A stretch of DNA of 56,594 nucleotides. Origin: Clostridia bacterium (GTDB taxonomy: Bacteria > Bacillota > Clostridia > Monoglobales > Monoglobaceae). The notes beneath the pieces were generated by a model. It had not been told where the DNA came from and made no database searches. It saw only the letters and a program-made list of their open reading frames with translations. Positions 29,966 through 40,765 of the stretch are shown here, one piece after another. The position numbers and the translations under genes were made by a program. How positions within the stretch are numbered: position 1 is the stretch's first letter; the number at the start of each line of letters is the position of its first letter. The stretch spans positions 1 to 56,594 of the forward strand of contig JAZOAF010000110.1 of NCBI GenBank assembly GCA_045595345.1, in the 5' to 3' direction.

Positions 29966-30885
29966 TGGGTTACAGAATTTTTGATGCACACGCCGACACT
30001 ATGAGTAAGCTTTATGAAAACTGTGAAAGCATCAAAAGAAATAATTGCCACATTGATTTTGAAAGAATGAAAAAATTTGAGGGGTATACTCAGGTTTTTG
30101 CGGCTTTTGTCGATAAAAAAGCTATAAAAGAAACTCCGAAAGAATATGCTAAAAAGCTTATCGAAAAGTATAAGAATGAGACGGCCTCTTGTAGAATTTT
30201 TCACATAGAAACCGCAGATGATTTGGGAAAGGAAGGAGTTTCTTCGATTTTGTCAATTGAGGGTGGCGAAGCGATAGAGGGAAACCTTGATAATCTGTAT
30301 AATTTTTTTAATATGGGTGTAAGAATTATGACACTTACCTGGAATTACGACAACGAAATTTCAGGCGGAATAGGAGAAAATGAAACTGGATTAACTCCGT
30401 TTGGGAAGAGTGCTGTGAAAGAAATGAATGAGCTTGGAATGGCGGTTGATGTGTCCCATATATCCGAAAAAGGCTTTTGGGATGTTTATAATATATCTGA
30501 AAAGCCGTTTATTGCATCTCATTCCAATGTTAAAAAACTCTGCAATCATCAAAGAAATCTTTCTGATGAACAGATAAAAGCTATAATTGATTGTGACGGA
30601 GTAATAGGTGTTAACTTTTATCCGCTGTTTTTAGATAACAGTGGCAAATGCACTATGGAAAAAATTTTGGAACACATTGAATATATTTTGGAAATGGGCG
30701 GAGAAAATAATATAGGAATCGGTTCAGACTTTGACGGAATTGAGTATTTACCGGAGGAAATGACAGGAATTGATGACATAGAAAAGCTGATTTCTCTTAT
30801 GAAAAAGCGGAATTATGGAGAGAAAATTATAAATAAGTTGTTATTTGATAATTTTTCGAGAGTTTTAGGGTCAATTTTTGCCTAA
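29965..30885 (+). CDS. membrane dipeptidase (peptidase M19 family)
   Basis: 'FDAHADT', 'LSIEGGEA', 'LTWNYDN', 'VDVSHIS', 'ASHSN', 'GSDFDG' metal-site pattern; GTG start overlaps the preceding stop. Confidence 0.8.
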   Translation: MGYRIFDAHADTMSKLYENCESIKRNNCHIDFERMKKFEGYTQVFAAFVDKKAIKETPKEYAKKLIEKYKNETASCRIFHIETADDLGKEGVSSILSIEGGEAIEGNLDNLYNFFNMGVRIMTLTWNYDNEISGGIGENETGLTPFGKSAVKEMNELGMAVDVSHISEKGFWDVYNISEKPFIASHSNVKKLCNHQRNLSDEQIKAIIDCDGVIGVNFYPLFLDNSGKCTMEKILEHIEYILEMGGENNIGIGSDFDGIEYLPEEMTGIDDIEKLISLMKKRNYGEKIINKLLFDNFSRVLGSIFA

Positions 30886-30956
30886 AACTATTGCAATTTC
30901 CGGCAAGATGTAGTAAAATGTTGTCATATATCATTTTTTGACATTTGGAGGTTAAT

Positions 30957-32153
30957 ATGAGTTTAAACATATCTAAAAAGGCAGAGTGCATAAGCCCTTC
31001 CCCGACACTATCCCTTGATGCTAAATTCAAGCAGATGAAGAAGCAGGGAATCCCGGTTGTTGGGTTTGGTGCAGGCGAGCCTGATTTTGAAACTCCTGAC
31101 AGAATTAAAAAAGCAGGTATTAAGGCCATAGAAGATGGGTTTACAAGGTACACCCCTGCTGCGGGAACAATTGAATTAAGACAAGCGGTTTGCGATAAAT
31201 TTAAGCGTGACTTGGGGATTGATTATACAATTAACAATATTGTTGTAAGCAACGGCGGAAAGCATTCTCTTACAAATATATTTATGTGTATATGCGAGCC
31301 TGGGGATGAGGTTATTATACCTGCTCCTTATTGGGTGAGCTATCCTGAAATGGTTAAAATGGCAGACGGCAAGCCGGTGTTTATTGACACAACAGAAGAA
31401 ACAGGCTTTAAGTTCACTCCTGAGCAGTTTGAAAAAGCAATAACAGACAGAACAAAAGCTATTGTTTTAAACACACCAAGCAATCCAACTGGTATGGTTT
31501 ATTCAAGAGAAGAGCTTGAAAAAATTACTGATATTGCCATCAAAAATAATGTTTATATAATCTTTGACGAGATTTATGAAAAGCTTATTTATGAGGGCGA
31601 ACATGTTAACCCTGCCACTTTCAGCGAAGAGGCTAAGAATATCGTTGTAATCGTTAACGGCCTTGCAAAAGCTTATGCTATGACAGGTTGGAGAATTGGT
31701 TATACCGCTGCGAACGAAAAGCTTACAAAAGCTATGGCTAATATGCAGAGCCATGCGACCTCTAACCCTAACTCTATTGCTCAGGTGGCTGCGGTTGAAG
31801 CTCTTTTGGGTGACCAGAGCGAAATCGGGGTTATGTGCGAAGAATATGTAAAGCGCAGAGACTATATGGTTGAAAGAATTAACGGCATTGACGGAATAAG
31901 CTGTCTTAAACCTAACGGTGCTTTCTATATATTTATGAATGTAAGAGACCTTCTCGGTAAGGAACATTACGGTAAGATTATAAATACAGCTCAGGAACTT
32001 TGTGATGATATGCTTGAAAGAGCGTTGGTTGCATTGGTACCGAGCGAAGGCTTTGGAATTGACGGATATGCAAGACTTTCATATGCAACATCTATGGAAA
32101 CTATTGTTGAAGGTCTTAACCGTATCGAAAAGTATATAAACGGCGAAGCTTAA
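30957..32153 (+). CDS. class I pyridoxal-phosphate aminotransferase (aspartate aminotransferase-like)
   Basis: 'GEPDFETP', 'YTPAAG', 'NTPSNPTG', PLP-lysine region 'NGLAKAYAMTGWRIGY'; ATG follows GGAGG. Confidence 0.88.
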   Translation: MSLNISKKAECISPSPTLSLDAKFKQMKKQGIPVVGFGAGEPDFETPDRIKKAGIKAIEDGFTRYTPAAGTIELRQAVCDKFKRDLGIDYTINNIVVSNGGKHSLTNIFMCICEPGDEVIIPAPYWVSYPEMVKMADGKPVFIDTTEETGFKFTPEQFEKAITDRTKAIVLNTPSNPTGMVYSREELEKITDIAIKNNVYIIFDEIYEKLIYEGEHVNPATFSEEAKNIVVIVNGLAKAYAMTGWRIGYTAANEKLTKAMANMQSHATSNPNSIAQVAAVEALLGDQSEIGVMCEEYVKRRDYMVERINGIDGISCLKPNGAFYIFMNVRDLLGKEHYGKIINTAQELCDDMLERALVALVPSEGFGIDGYARLSYATSMETIVEGLNRIEKYINGEA

Positions 32154-32169
32154 TACGGGCGGTGATTTT

Positions 32170-32973
32170 ATGAAACTTGGATTTATAGGCGGAGGAAATA
32201 TGGCATCTGCCATTATAAGTGGCCTTATAAGCTCGGGGTTTGTATGCGGAGAGGAAGTCTCCGTCAGCGATAAGGATATTGAAAAAATCGCACATTTTAT
32301 GGAACTTGGCGTGCATATAACTGATAACAATGTTGCGGTTGCAGATGGTGCGGAAGTGGTTGTTTTCGCAGTAAAGCCAAACATTCTTCCCAAGGTTCTT
32401 GAAGAAACAAAGGGCGCGTTAGACGGTAAGATTGTTATATCAATTGCGGCAGGGACTATGCTTTCTGATATTGAGAAGATAATCGGAACAGACAAGCGGA
32501 TTGTCCGCGTTATGCCAAACACTCCTGCTCAGGTTAATTGCGGGATGGCGGTGATCTGTCCCAATAAAAACGCAAAAGAGGGCGATGTGAAAATCGTTTC
32601 TGCTTTATTTGATGCGGTTGGCTCATCTGTCGTTCTGGATGAAAAATATATCAATGCGGCAACTGCTCTTCACGGAAGCAGTCCGGCGTATATCTATATG
32701 CTCATTGACGCAATGGCAGATAGTGGCGTTAAGTATGGTATACCGAAAGATATTGCATTAAAGCTTGTTTCAAAAGCTGTTGAAGGCTCTGCCAGAATGG
32801 TAATGGAAACTGGAATTCATCCATCTACGCTCTGCGACAATGTTTGTTCTCCTGGCGGAACAACCATCGCGGCGGTTTGCGAACTTGAAAAATGCGGATT
32901 TAAAACTGCTCTTTATCAGGCGATTGATGCTTGTGTGAAAAGAGCGGAAGAAATGTCCAAGCAGAGTAATTAA
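32170..32973 (+). CDS. proC: pyrroline-5-carboxylate reductase
   Basis: 'LGFIGGGNMASAI', 'RVMPNTP', 'SSPAYIYMLIDAMAD', 'VCSPGGTT'. Confidence 0.93.
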   Translation: MKLGFIGGGNMASAIISGLISSGFVCGEEVSVSDKDIEKIAHFMELGVHITDNNVAVADGAEVVVFAVKPNILPKVLEETKGALDGKIVISIAAGTMLSDIEKIIGTDKRIVRVMPNTPAQVNCGMAVICPNKNAKEGDVKIVSALFDAVGSSVVLDEKYINAATALHGSSPAYIYMLIDAMADSGVKYGIPKDIALKLVSKAVEGSARMVMETGIHPSTLCDNVCSPGGTTIAAVCELEKCGFKTALYQAIDACVKRAEEMSKQSN

Positions 32974-33023
32974 GATAAAAAATAAAGCATATATTATACC
33001 AGAAGCAAAAGCGGAGGTATAGT

Positions 33024-33611
33024 ATGCGAAATTTAAGACCACAGATAGTTAATTTTGGAAAACGATACAATAAAGCGATAATAACCATAGCAAGTCTTTT
33101 TATTTTCGGTTGTGCCGTTGGTGTTATGCTGTCCTGCCTAGTTGAACAGGACAAGCTGGCAGAAATTGGCGAAACAGTAAGGGGTGCTATTGCGTATTCC
33201 GTAACAGTTGATAGGATGTCACTGTTTAAGGAAATGACGAAGGAATATCTTATTTCATTTCTTTTGATTTGGATATGCAGTTTGTCCTTTTATCTGGTAC
33301 CGTTCTCCGTTTTGATTGTTATTTTAAAAGGAATTATAGGAGGATTATCCTCCGGAATTATAGTGCGAAGCATAGGAGCAGACGGAATTGTTTTTTCAGC
33401 AGTGAACACTCTACTTAAAAACATTTTATTTGCTCCGATTTTTATTGTCCTGACGGCTGTTTCCATAAGAAAAGCTCTTAAACCAAAGAAAATAAGACCC
33501 GTAAAAAATAAAAAATACTTGTCTATAAAGATAGTTGAAATAGCTTTTATCATATTGGTTTCTGTATTTCTCGGAGGATTTGAAAGTTTTTTTGTTTCTA
33601 TTATAAATTAA
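33024..33611 (+). CDS. spoIIM: stage II sporulation protein M-like membrane protein
   Basis: ~195 aa, 5 predicted TM helices, 'ILKGIIGGLSSGIIV' resembling B. subtilis SpoIIM 'LKGVVVGFTVGFLV'; spoIIM lies near xerD in Bacillus. Confidence 0.6.
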   Translation: MRNLRPQIVNFGKRYNKAIITIASLFIFGCAVGVMLSCLVEQDKLAEIGETVRGAIAYSVTVDRMSLFKEMTKEYLISFLLIWICSLSFYLVPFSVLIVILKGIIGGLSSGIIVRSIGADGIVFSAVNTLLKNILFAPIFIVLTAVSIRKALKPKKIRPVKNKKYLSIKIVEIAFIILVSVFLGGFESFFVSIIN

Positions 33612-33631
33612 GATTGAAAGGAGGGAAAGCG

Positions 33632-34531
33632 ATGAACGATTGCAAAGAAAGTTACTTTTCTTATCTTAAAACCAAGAAAAAAGTATCAGATAACACTTTA
33701 TCTTCGTACAAAAATGATATTTTAAGATTTGAAGAATTCTTAACACAGTCCTCGGTTACTCTTATAAAGGCTACCAAAACAAATGTTCTGGACTTCGTTA
33801 TGAGTATGCAGGAAAAAGGGCAGTCTTCATCAACTCTTATGAGAAAGCTTGCATCTATCAGGTCTTTTTATGGATTTATGCTCAAAGAAAAGATGATTGA
33901 TACTGACCCGACTGAAAATATTAAGAATTTTAAAAGCGAGGGAAAAATTCCTGAAATTTTAACAGGCCCCGAGGTTGAAATCCTTTTAAGTCAGCCAAAG
34001 GAAAACACCTTGCTTGGTCATAGAGATAAGGCGTTGCTGGAACTCCTTTATGCAACAGGAATGAGAGTTACAGAACTTATCAACTTAAATATTGATGATG
34101 TTAACATAGAAGTTGGATACATAAGCTGTAAGAGTAAAGGAAAAACAAGAGTTATTCCGATTTATGCAGATGCGGCAAAGGCTCTTAAGAACTATGTTTT
34201 AAAAGTCAGACCGCTTATGACAACGGTTGATGATGGTACGCTTTTTGTAAACCGAAACGGCACGAGACTTTCAAGGCAGGGCTTTTGGAAGATAATCAAA
34301 GGTTATAAAGAAAGCGCGAAAATAACAAAGGAAATAACGCCTCACACATTAAGACATTCCTTTGCAGTCCATCTTCTTGAAAATGGTGCAGATATAAAAT
34401 CAATTCAGGAAATGCTTGGACACAGCAACTTGTCGTCTATGCAGGTTTATAACAGAATTGTAAAACAGAGAATAAAGAATGTCTATTATAACGCCCATCC
34501 AAAAGCTCAGAAAGGGAACATAAATAATTAA
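33632..34531 (+). CDS. xerD: site-specific tyrosine recombinase XerD
   Basis: N-terminal SAM-like domain; catalytic 'ATGMRVTEL', 'HTLRHSFAVHLLENGADIKSIQEMLGH..LSSMQVY'; ATG follows AGGAGG. Confidence 0.88.
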   Translation: MNDCKESYFSYLKTKKKVSDNTLSSYKNDILRFEEFLTQSSVTLIKATKTNVLDFVMSMQEKGQSSSTLMRKLASIRSFYGFMLKEKMIDTDPTENIKNFKSEGKIPEILTGPEVEILLSQPKENTLLGHRDKALLELLYATGMRVTELINLNIDDVNIEVGYISCKSKGKTRVIPIYADAAKALKNYVLKVRPLMTTVDDGTLFVNRNGTRLSRQGFWKIIKGYKESAKITKEITPHTLRHSFAVHLLENGADIKSIQEMLGHSNLSSMQVYNRIVKQRIKNVYYNAHPKAQKGNINN

Positions 34532-34556
34532 ACGCCATACAGTTTGTATGGCGTTT
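34530..34556. terminator. hairpin between convergent xerD and ppa
   Basis: AAACGCCAUAC-aguuu-GUAUGGCGUUU. Confidence 0.7.
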
Positions 34557-34563
34557 AGTATTT

Positions 34564-35097
34564 TTATTTTGAATCAAAGTGGTCTTTGTAGCAATTAATG
34601 GAAGTCTGAATGATTTGTCTTGCTTCTTCGGCGCCTTTGACTTCATCAACGGCAGTTTCCATATTTTCAAGGGACTTATACACTTTGAAGAAGTGTTTCA
34701 TCTCTTCAAATATATGTGTCGGAAGCTGAGAAATATCGGTATAAGTATTATAAGACGGGTCGTCAAAAGGAATTGCGATTATCTTTTCGTCGTTGCTGTC
34801 GTCGTCTATCATTGTGATAACCCCGATTGCGTAACACTTAACCAGTGTCATCGGATAAAGTGTTTCGGAACAAAGAACTAAAACATCAAGCGGGTCGTGG
34901 TCGTCTGCATAGGTTTTCGGAACAAATCCGTAGTTTGCAGGATAGTGGGTAGAAGTATGAAGAATTCTATCCATATTCAAAAGACCTGTGCGCTTATCGA
35001 GTTCGTATTTAATTTTGCTTCCCTTTGGAATTTCAATTATAACAGAAAATGCCTCGGGTGTTATACGGGCGGAATCTACATCATGCCATGCGTTCAT
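34564..35097 (-). CDS. ppa: inorganic pyrophosphatase (family I)
   Basis: 'IEIPKGSKIKYELD', 'YPANYGFVPKTYADDHDPLDVLV', 'DDSNDEKIIA'. Confidence 0.92.
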   Translation of the reverse strand: MNAWHDVDSARITPEAFSVIIEIPKGSKIKYELDKRTGLLNMDRILHTSTHYPANYGFVPKTYADDHDPLDVLVLCSETLYPMTLVKCYAIGVITMIDDDSNDEKIIAIPFDDPSYNTYTDISQLPTHIFEEMKHFFKVYKSLENMETAVDEVKGAEEARQIIQTSINCYKDHFDSK

Positions 35098-35173
35098 ATA
35101 CAACAAATCCTTTCAAGTTTTATAAATAAAAAACTTGATAACACATAGTATTACCAAGCTTATTTCGTTTTAA

Positions 35174-35434
35174 TTATGCAATTTTGTTAAGCTTTGCAGC
35201 ATACTGGCTCTTTCTACGAGCAGCAGTATTCTTATGAAGAATACCCTTCGCAACCGCTTGGTCTGTCTTCTTTACAACAAAAGCATAAGCAACAGAGGCA
35301 GATTCTTTGCCTTCATTAAGCGCAGCCTCAAACTTCTTGATAGCAGTTTTAAGCTGAGATTTGATCATCTGGTTCTGAAGTGTCTTAGTTTTAATAACTT
35401 TTACTCTCTTTTTTGCTGATTTGATATTAGGCAT
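35174..35434 (-). CDS. rpsT: 30S ribosomal protein S20
   Basis: '[13 protein letters not shown]' canonical N-terminus; ATG 35434 follows GGAGGTG. Confidence 0.95.
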   Translation of the reverse strand: MPNIKSAKKRVKVIKTKTLQNQMIKSQLKTAIKKFEAALNEGKESASVAYAFVVKKTDQAVAKGILHKNTAARRKSQYAAKLNKIA

Positions 35435-35634
35435 AATATCACCTCCGTTATATAAATTTGACATCTTTTCACATCAGTATTTAATATTCTAACACAAAGC
35501 AAAAGAAAATGCAAGTGTTTTTTACAAAAAAATTGAGAAAAATTTGAGGAAATTAAGAAATTCTCTGTATATGTTTAAATTGTTGACAAAATTTTGGGAA
35601 TGATATATTATGTTTAAGGAAAGTAAAGAAGAAG

Positions 35635-36183
35635 GTGATATCTTTGAAAGAAGTAAATAAACTTTTCTGGACTTTTTTCAGAATAGGTCTGTTTACCTTT
35701 GGTGGTGGCTACGCAATGCTCCCCCTTATACAAAAGGAAGTTGTTGAAAAAGAAAAGTGGGCAACGGACGAAGAAGTTATGAATTATTTCGCTATGGGAC
35801 AGTGTACCCCCGGAGTTATTGCTGTTAATCTCGCAACCTTTATCGGTTATAAAATAAAGGGGATTTTTGGCGGAATTTTTGCAACAATTGGTGTTGTTGC
35901 ACCTTCCGTTGTGATAATCTCCATAATTGCAAACTTTTTAAAATATTTTGAAAGTGTAGAGGAAGTTCAATATGCTTTCAATGGTATTCGTGTTGCAGTT
36001 TGCGTTTTAGTTTTAAATGCAGTAATTAAATTCTGGAAGTCGGGGGTTAAAGATGCGGTTGGTGTGGTTATTTTTTCAGTCGCCTTTATACTTTCTGTTT
36101 TGTTTAACCTCTCATCCGTTTGGGTAATTGTCGGGGCGGTTATTATGGGTGTTCTGGCAAGTCTGTGTAAAGAGAGGTCGTAA
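35635..36183 (+). CDS. chrA: chromate transporter (short-chain CHR family), subunit 1
   Basis: 'FFRIGLFTFGGGYAMLPLIQKEVV' CHR signature; ~6 TM. Confidence 0.8.
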   Translation: MISLKEVNKLFWTFFRIGLFTFGGGYAMLPLIQKEVVEKEKWATDEEVMNYFAMGQCTPGVIAVNLATFIGYKIKGIFGGIFATIGVVAPSVVIISIIANFLKYFESVEEVQYAFNGIRVAVCVLVLNAVIKFWKSGVKDAVGVVIFSVAFILSVLFNLSSVWVIVGAVIMGVLASLCKERS

Positions 36184-36186
36184 AAA

Positions 36187-36741
36187 ATGCTTTGGATAAC
36201 TGTTTTTTTAGAGTTCTTTAAAATAGGACTTTTCGCTATCGGCGGCGGACTTGCCACCCTTCCGTTTTTATACGATTTAACTGAAAAATATACTTGGTTT
36301 ACGGCTAATGATTTGTCCAATATGATAGCAATTTCAGAATCAACCCCAGGTCCGATTGGTGTTAATTGCGCCACATATGCAGGGGTAAAAGCCCTTGGTA
36401 TTCTGGGTGGCGTTGTGTCTACATTCGGATTGGTTTTGCCATCACTCATTATTATTTTGCTTATTGCAAAAGCGATGGACAAATTCAAGGATAACAGATT
36501 CGTGAATTACGGATTTTACGGCATAAGACCGGCAGTTGCGGCTCTTATTGCTCTGGCTTTTGTGGATATTGCCAAGTCAACATTGTTTAATCTTGAACTT
36601 CTTGGAAAAGGAAACTTTTTGAATATTGGCGCGATTATTTTATTCGCCGCATTGCTGTTTTTTACTAATAAATTCAAGAAAATTCATCCTATTGTTTTTA
36701 TAGCAGTTTCGGCAGTTGTGGGTATCATTTTTAAATTTTAA
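36187..36741 (+). CDS. chrA: chromate transporter (short-chain CHR family), subunit 2
   Basis: 'FFKIGLFAIGGGLATLPFL' second CHR signature; paired with the upstream gene. Confidence 0.8.
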   Translation: MLWITVFLEFFKIGLFAIGGGLATLPFLYDLTEKYTWFTANDLSNMIAISESTPGPIGVNCATYAGVKALGILGGVVSTFGLVLPSLIIILLIAKAMDKFKDNRFVNYGFYGIRPAVAALIALAFVDIAKSTLFNLELLGKGNFLNIGAIILFAALLFFTNKFKKIHPIVFIAVSAVVGIIFKF

Positions 36742-36758
36742 AAAATAGTTGGAAATAC

Positions 36759-36787
36759 TTGCAAAAGGAAGAAATTTGTTGTATAAT
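36759..36787 (+). promoter_or_regulatory. sigma-A promoter of pta-ackA
   Basis: TTGCAA (36759-36764), 17 nt, TATAAT (36782-36787). Confidence 0.5.
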
Positions 36788-36793
36788 AAATAA

Positions 36794-37837
<1,044 letters not shown>

Positions 37838-37858
37838 TATAAGAAAGAAGGATATATT

Positions 37859-39058
37859 ATGAAAATTTTAGTTATAAACGCAGGTAGCTCTTCTCTTAAA
37901 TATCAGCTTATTGATATGACAAACGAAGAAGTAATGGCGAAAGGCCTTTGCGAAAGAATTGGTATCGAAAATTCAAAGCTTAATCATACACCAAACGGTG
38001 GTGAAAAAGTAGTAATCGAAAAGGATATGAAAGACCATTCCGATGCTATTAAGATGGTGCTTGATGCGTTAACAGATGCAAATCACGGCGTAATTAAGAG
38101 CATGGATGAAATTTCTGCTGTCGGACATCGTGTTGTTCACGGCGGAGAAAAGTTCAATAAATCATTTATCATCAATGATGATGTTAAAAAGGCTCTTGAA
38201 GAATGTGTGCCGCTTGCACCACTTCATAACCCTGCAAACATTATCGGTATCGAAGCTTGCGAAAAGGCTATGCCGGGTGTTCCTCAGGTTGGTGTATTTG
38301 ATACAGCCTTCCACCAGACAATGCCAAAAGATGCGTATATGTATGGCATTCCTTATGCAATGTATGAAAAGCATAGAATAAGAAGATACGGTTTTCACGG
38401 AACATCTCATAAGTATGTTTCCGAGCAGGCAGCTTTAATGCTTAATAAACCTGCAAAAGACCTTAAAATTATTACTTTCCACTTAGGAAACGGTTCAAGT
38501 ATTACAGCGGTTGATGGCGGAAAATCTATTGATACTTCAATGGGCTTCACTCCTCTTGCCGGTGTGGTTATGGGTACTCGTTGCGGAGATATTGACCCGG
38601 CTATCGTTAAGTTCCTTGCTGAGAACGAAAACCTTTCTTTAAAGGAAGTTGACGATATGATGAACAAAAAGTCAGGTGTTGACGGTATTTCCGGCGTAAG
38701 CAGTGATTTCAGAGACCTTGAAAAAGCAGAAGCGGAAGGAAACGAGAAAGCAAAATTAGCGCTTGATATGTTTGTTTATAGCGTTCGCAAGTTCTTAGGT
38801 CAGTATGTTGTTGCTATGGGTGGCGTTGATGCTATCGTATTTACAGCAGGCATTGGCGAAAATACTCCTATGATGCGTAAGGCTATTCTTAAAAATACAG
38901 AGTTCTTGGGAATTGAAGTTGATGACGCTAAGAACGAAAAAGCAATTAGAGGAGCTCAGATGGAAATTTCTTCTGACTCTTCAAAGGTTAAAGTTCTTGT
39001 TATACCAACAAATGAAGAGCTTATGATTGCAAAGGAAACTCAGGAATTGCTTAAATAA
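37859..39058 (+). CDS. ackA: acetate kinase
   Basis: '[15 protein letters not shown]', 'VGHRVVHGG', '[10 protein letters not shown]', 'YGFHGTSH', 'HLGNGSS', 'FTAGIGEN'. Confidence 0.96.
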   Translation: MKILVINAGSSSLKYQLIDMTNEEVMAKGLCERIGIENSKLNHTPNGGEKVVIEKDMKDHSDAIKMVLDALTDANHGVIKSMDEISAVGHRVVHGGEKFNKSFIINDDVKKALEECVPLAPLHNPANIIGIEACEKAMPGVPQVGVFDTAFHQTMPKDAYMYGIPYAMYEKHRIRRYGFHGTSHKYVSEQAALMLNKPAKDLKIITFHLGNGSSITAVDGGKSIDTSMGFTPLAGVVMGTRCGDIDPAIVKFLAENENLSLKEVDDMMNKKSGVDGISGVSSDFRDLEKAEAEGNEKAKLALDMFVYSVRKFLGQYVVAMGGVDAIVFTAGIGENTPMMRKAILKNTEFLGIEVDDAKNEKAIRGAQMEISSDSSKVKVLVIPTNEELMIAKETQELLK

Positions 39059-39069
39059 AAACTCTTTTT

Positions 39070-39098
39070 AAACAGGCGGACTTTTAGTTCGCCTGTTT
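39070..39098 (+). terminator. hairpin after ackA
   Basis: AAACAGGCG...CGCCUGUUU 9-bp stem; short U tract. Confidence 0.55.
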
Positions 39099-39115
39099 AA
39101 GTAATGGAGGATAAA

Positions 39116-39739
39116 ATGATAGATTTTTATAAAAATCGGAATTTTGAAAATTTAACAGATGAAGAACTTGTGGAACTTTCTGTAACAGGGGATAAAAGTG
39201 CAACCGAGTATATTTTTGATAAATATAAGAATTTTGTCAAAGCTGTTGTCAGAATGTATTTCCTCGTTGGCGCTGACAGGGATGATGTTGTTCAGGAGGG
39301 GATGATAGGGCTTTTTAAGGCAATTAGAGACTTTGATGAAACTAAACAGACCTCGTTTAAAAGCTTTGCGGAAATATGTGTTAAAAGACAGGTTTTAACA
39401 GCCATAAAGAATGCCACCAGGCAAAAGCATATCCCGTTAAATAGCTATATTTCTCTAAGCAAATCATCCTATGACGATGAAAACTCCGAGGGGACACTTC
39501 TTGACACCTTGACTGATAAAGAAAGTGCTGATCCCGAGGAACTCTTTATTGGCAAAGAAAATATAGAGATTCTTGGCGAGAAGATTGATGAAAATCTCAG
39601 CAAGCTTGAAAAAGAAGTTCTTAGTATGTATCTTAAAGGTAGTTCCTATCAGGAAATTGCAAAAATAATGAATCGTCCTCCGAAATCAATTGATAATGCA
39701 CTTCAAAGAGTTAAAAAGAAACTTGAAAAGTTTGTTTAA
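39116..39739 (+). CDS. sigH: RNA polymerase sporulation-initiation sigma factor SigH
   Basis: 'YFLVGADRDDVVQEGMIGLFKAIRDFDE.K..SFKSFAEICVKRQVLTAIKNATRQKHIPLNSY' closely parallels B. subtilis Spo0H. Confidence 0.9.
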   Translation: MIDFYKNRNFENLTDEELVELSVTGDKSATEYIFDKYKNFVKAVVRMYFLVGADRDDVVQEGMIGLFKAIRDFDETKQTSFKSFAEICVKRQVLTAIKNATRQKHIPLNSYISLSKSSYDDENSEGTLLDTLTDKESADPEELFIGKENIEILGEKIDENLSKLEKEVLSMYLKGSSYQEIAKIMNRPPKSIDNALQRVKKKLEKFV

Positions 39740-39769
39740 GAAGCATAGAAATATGCTTCTTATTTTTTT
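39738..39769 (+). terminator. sigH terminator
   Basis: AAGAAGCAUA-gaaa-UAUGCUUCUU followed by AU7. Confidence 0.85.
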
Positions 39770-39874
39770 GTCAAGAAATGAAAAAATAATTTTATGTAAA
39801 CCAATGAAAAATAATTGGTATTTTATGTAAAATATGGCAAAAAAAGGGATGAGCAGAAAAGTGCGTAAAACTAG

Positions 39875-39922
39875 TTATTAACAGACTTATACACATTATC
39901 CACAGGGATAAGCTGTGGCTAA
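39875..39922. promoter_or_regulatory. cluster of four DnaA-box-like 9-mers
   Basis: TTATTAACA (39875-83, 1 mismatch), TTATACACA (39887-95) and TTATCCACA (39896-904), both exact to TTATNCACA and abutting, plus inverted TTAGCCACA (39922-14, 1 mismatch). Confidence 0.5.
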
Positions 39923-39945
39923 AAATTGCATCCGAATTTTGAAGA

Positions 39946-39975
39946 AATAAAAAAGTGGCGTAAAAACGCCACTTT
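39946..39975 (-). terminator. terminator of the alarmone synthetase gene
   Basis: AAAGUGGCG-uuuuua-CGCCACUUU followed by a U tract on the minus strand. Confidence 0.8.
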
Positions 39976-40021
39976 AAAATTTGAATTTTGGTTTACAATA
40001 ATCATGTAAAGAAATTGTAAA

Positions 40022-40699
40022 TTATTTATGAGCTAAGTCGCGGACCTTTTGCATCTCCAAATCAAGCATACGGCTAAGGTCAGCGCACTTATTAAGCTTG
40101 TTAGCAATTTTTTCTTTTGTTTCTTCGTCCATTTCCTTTTTATAACGAATGCCGTGCTCTAAATTTGCCCAGGATTCCATAGCAATTGTTCTGATTTGAA
40201 TTTCCACACGGACCATTCTTTTCTCGTCGGAGAGAAAAATAGGAATTTCTATAATAAGATGAAGGCTTCTGTACCCGTTAGGTTTGGGATTTTTAATATA
40301 GTCTTTGACCTCAATAAGCTTAACATCGTCTTGCTTTAAAAGGCAGTCGGTAATCATATATATATCGTCTATGTAACTGCAAATTACACGGATTCCCGCA
40401 ACATCATTAAGTGTATCCTCAATAGATTTACAAGAAAACTGCATATTTTTACGAGTAAGCTTACCCTGAATACTGGAAATAGATTTAAGTCTGGTCTTAA
40501 TACTCTCAATCGGGTTTCTTTTACCCCCGAGAGAAAGTTCTTTATTCAGGACCTGAAATTTGGTCTCAATCTCTTTCATTGCACACCAATAATAGGTCAT
40601 CATTCTCTCAAAATCATCTCTGAATTGAAAAATTCCTTCAAGGTTATTACCGTTTCGTATTTCGCTCAGAAGCTGTTGTAAAATAGGGGAATTTTCCAT
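40022..40699 (-). CDS. small alarmone synthetase (RelQ/RelP-type GTP pyrophosphokinase)
   Basis: Single RelA/SpoT synthetase domain: 'IESIKTRLKS', 'DVAGIRVICSYIDDIY', 'KPNGYRSLHLII', 'VEIQIRTIAMESWANLEH'; 225 aa. Confidence 0.9.
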   Translation of the reverse strand: MENSPILQQLLSEIRNGNNLEGIFQFRDDFERMMTYYWCAMKEIETKFQVLNKELSLGGKRNPIESIKTRLKSISSIQGKLTRKNMQFSCKSIEDTLNDVAGIRVICSYIDDIYMITDCLLKQDDVKLIEVKDYIKNPKPNGYRSLHLIIEIPIFLSDEKRMVRVEIQIRTIAMESWANLEHGIRYKKEMDEETKEKIANKLNKCADLSRMLDLEMQKVRDLAHK

Positions 40700-40765
40700 A
40701 AGTGTTCACTCCTTGTCTTTTAAATATATCACAATGAAAAAATAAAGTCAAATCTGTCAATGGTT

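Noticed and set aside
32079-32522. Antisense ORFs in proC, chrA (35967-36488), murA (41823-42275), spoIIIAG/AH (50795-51163, 51600-52004) and the acyl-CoA synthetase (5189-5497, 5418-5669)
   Set aside because: Each lies fully within a well-supported gene on the other strand or in another frame, with no independent signals.
33632-34531. Tyrosine recombinase as a marker of an integrated mobile element
   Set aside because: The sequence and context (spoIIM neighbour, core genes on both sides, no att-like repeats, no phage or plasmid genes) fit the housekeeping XerD dimer-resolution recombinase.
35635-36741. Two adjacent half-size chrA genes as a split pseudogene
   Set aside because: Short-chain CHR transporters are normally encoded as such adjacent pairs in Firmicutes. 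Each ORF has its own CHR signature, start and RBS.
39875-39922. DnaA-box cluster as the chromosomal replication origin
   Set aside because: There is no dnaA/dnaN/rpmH/gyrB context, only four boxes, and no obvious AT-rich unwinding element with 13-mer-type repeats. A secondary DnaA-binding site is more plausible.
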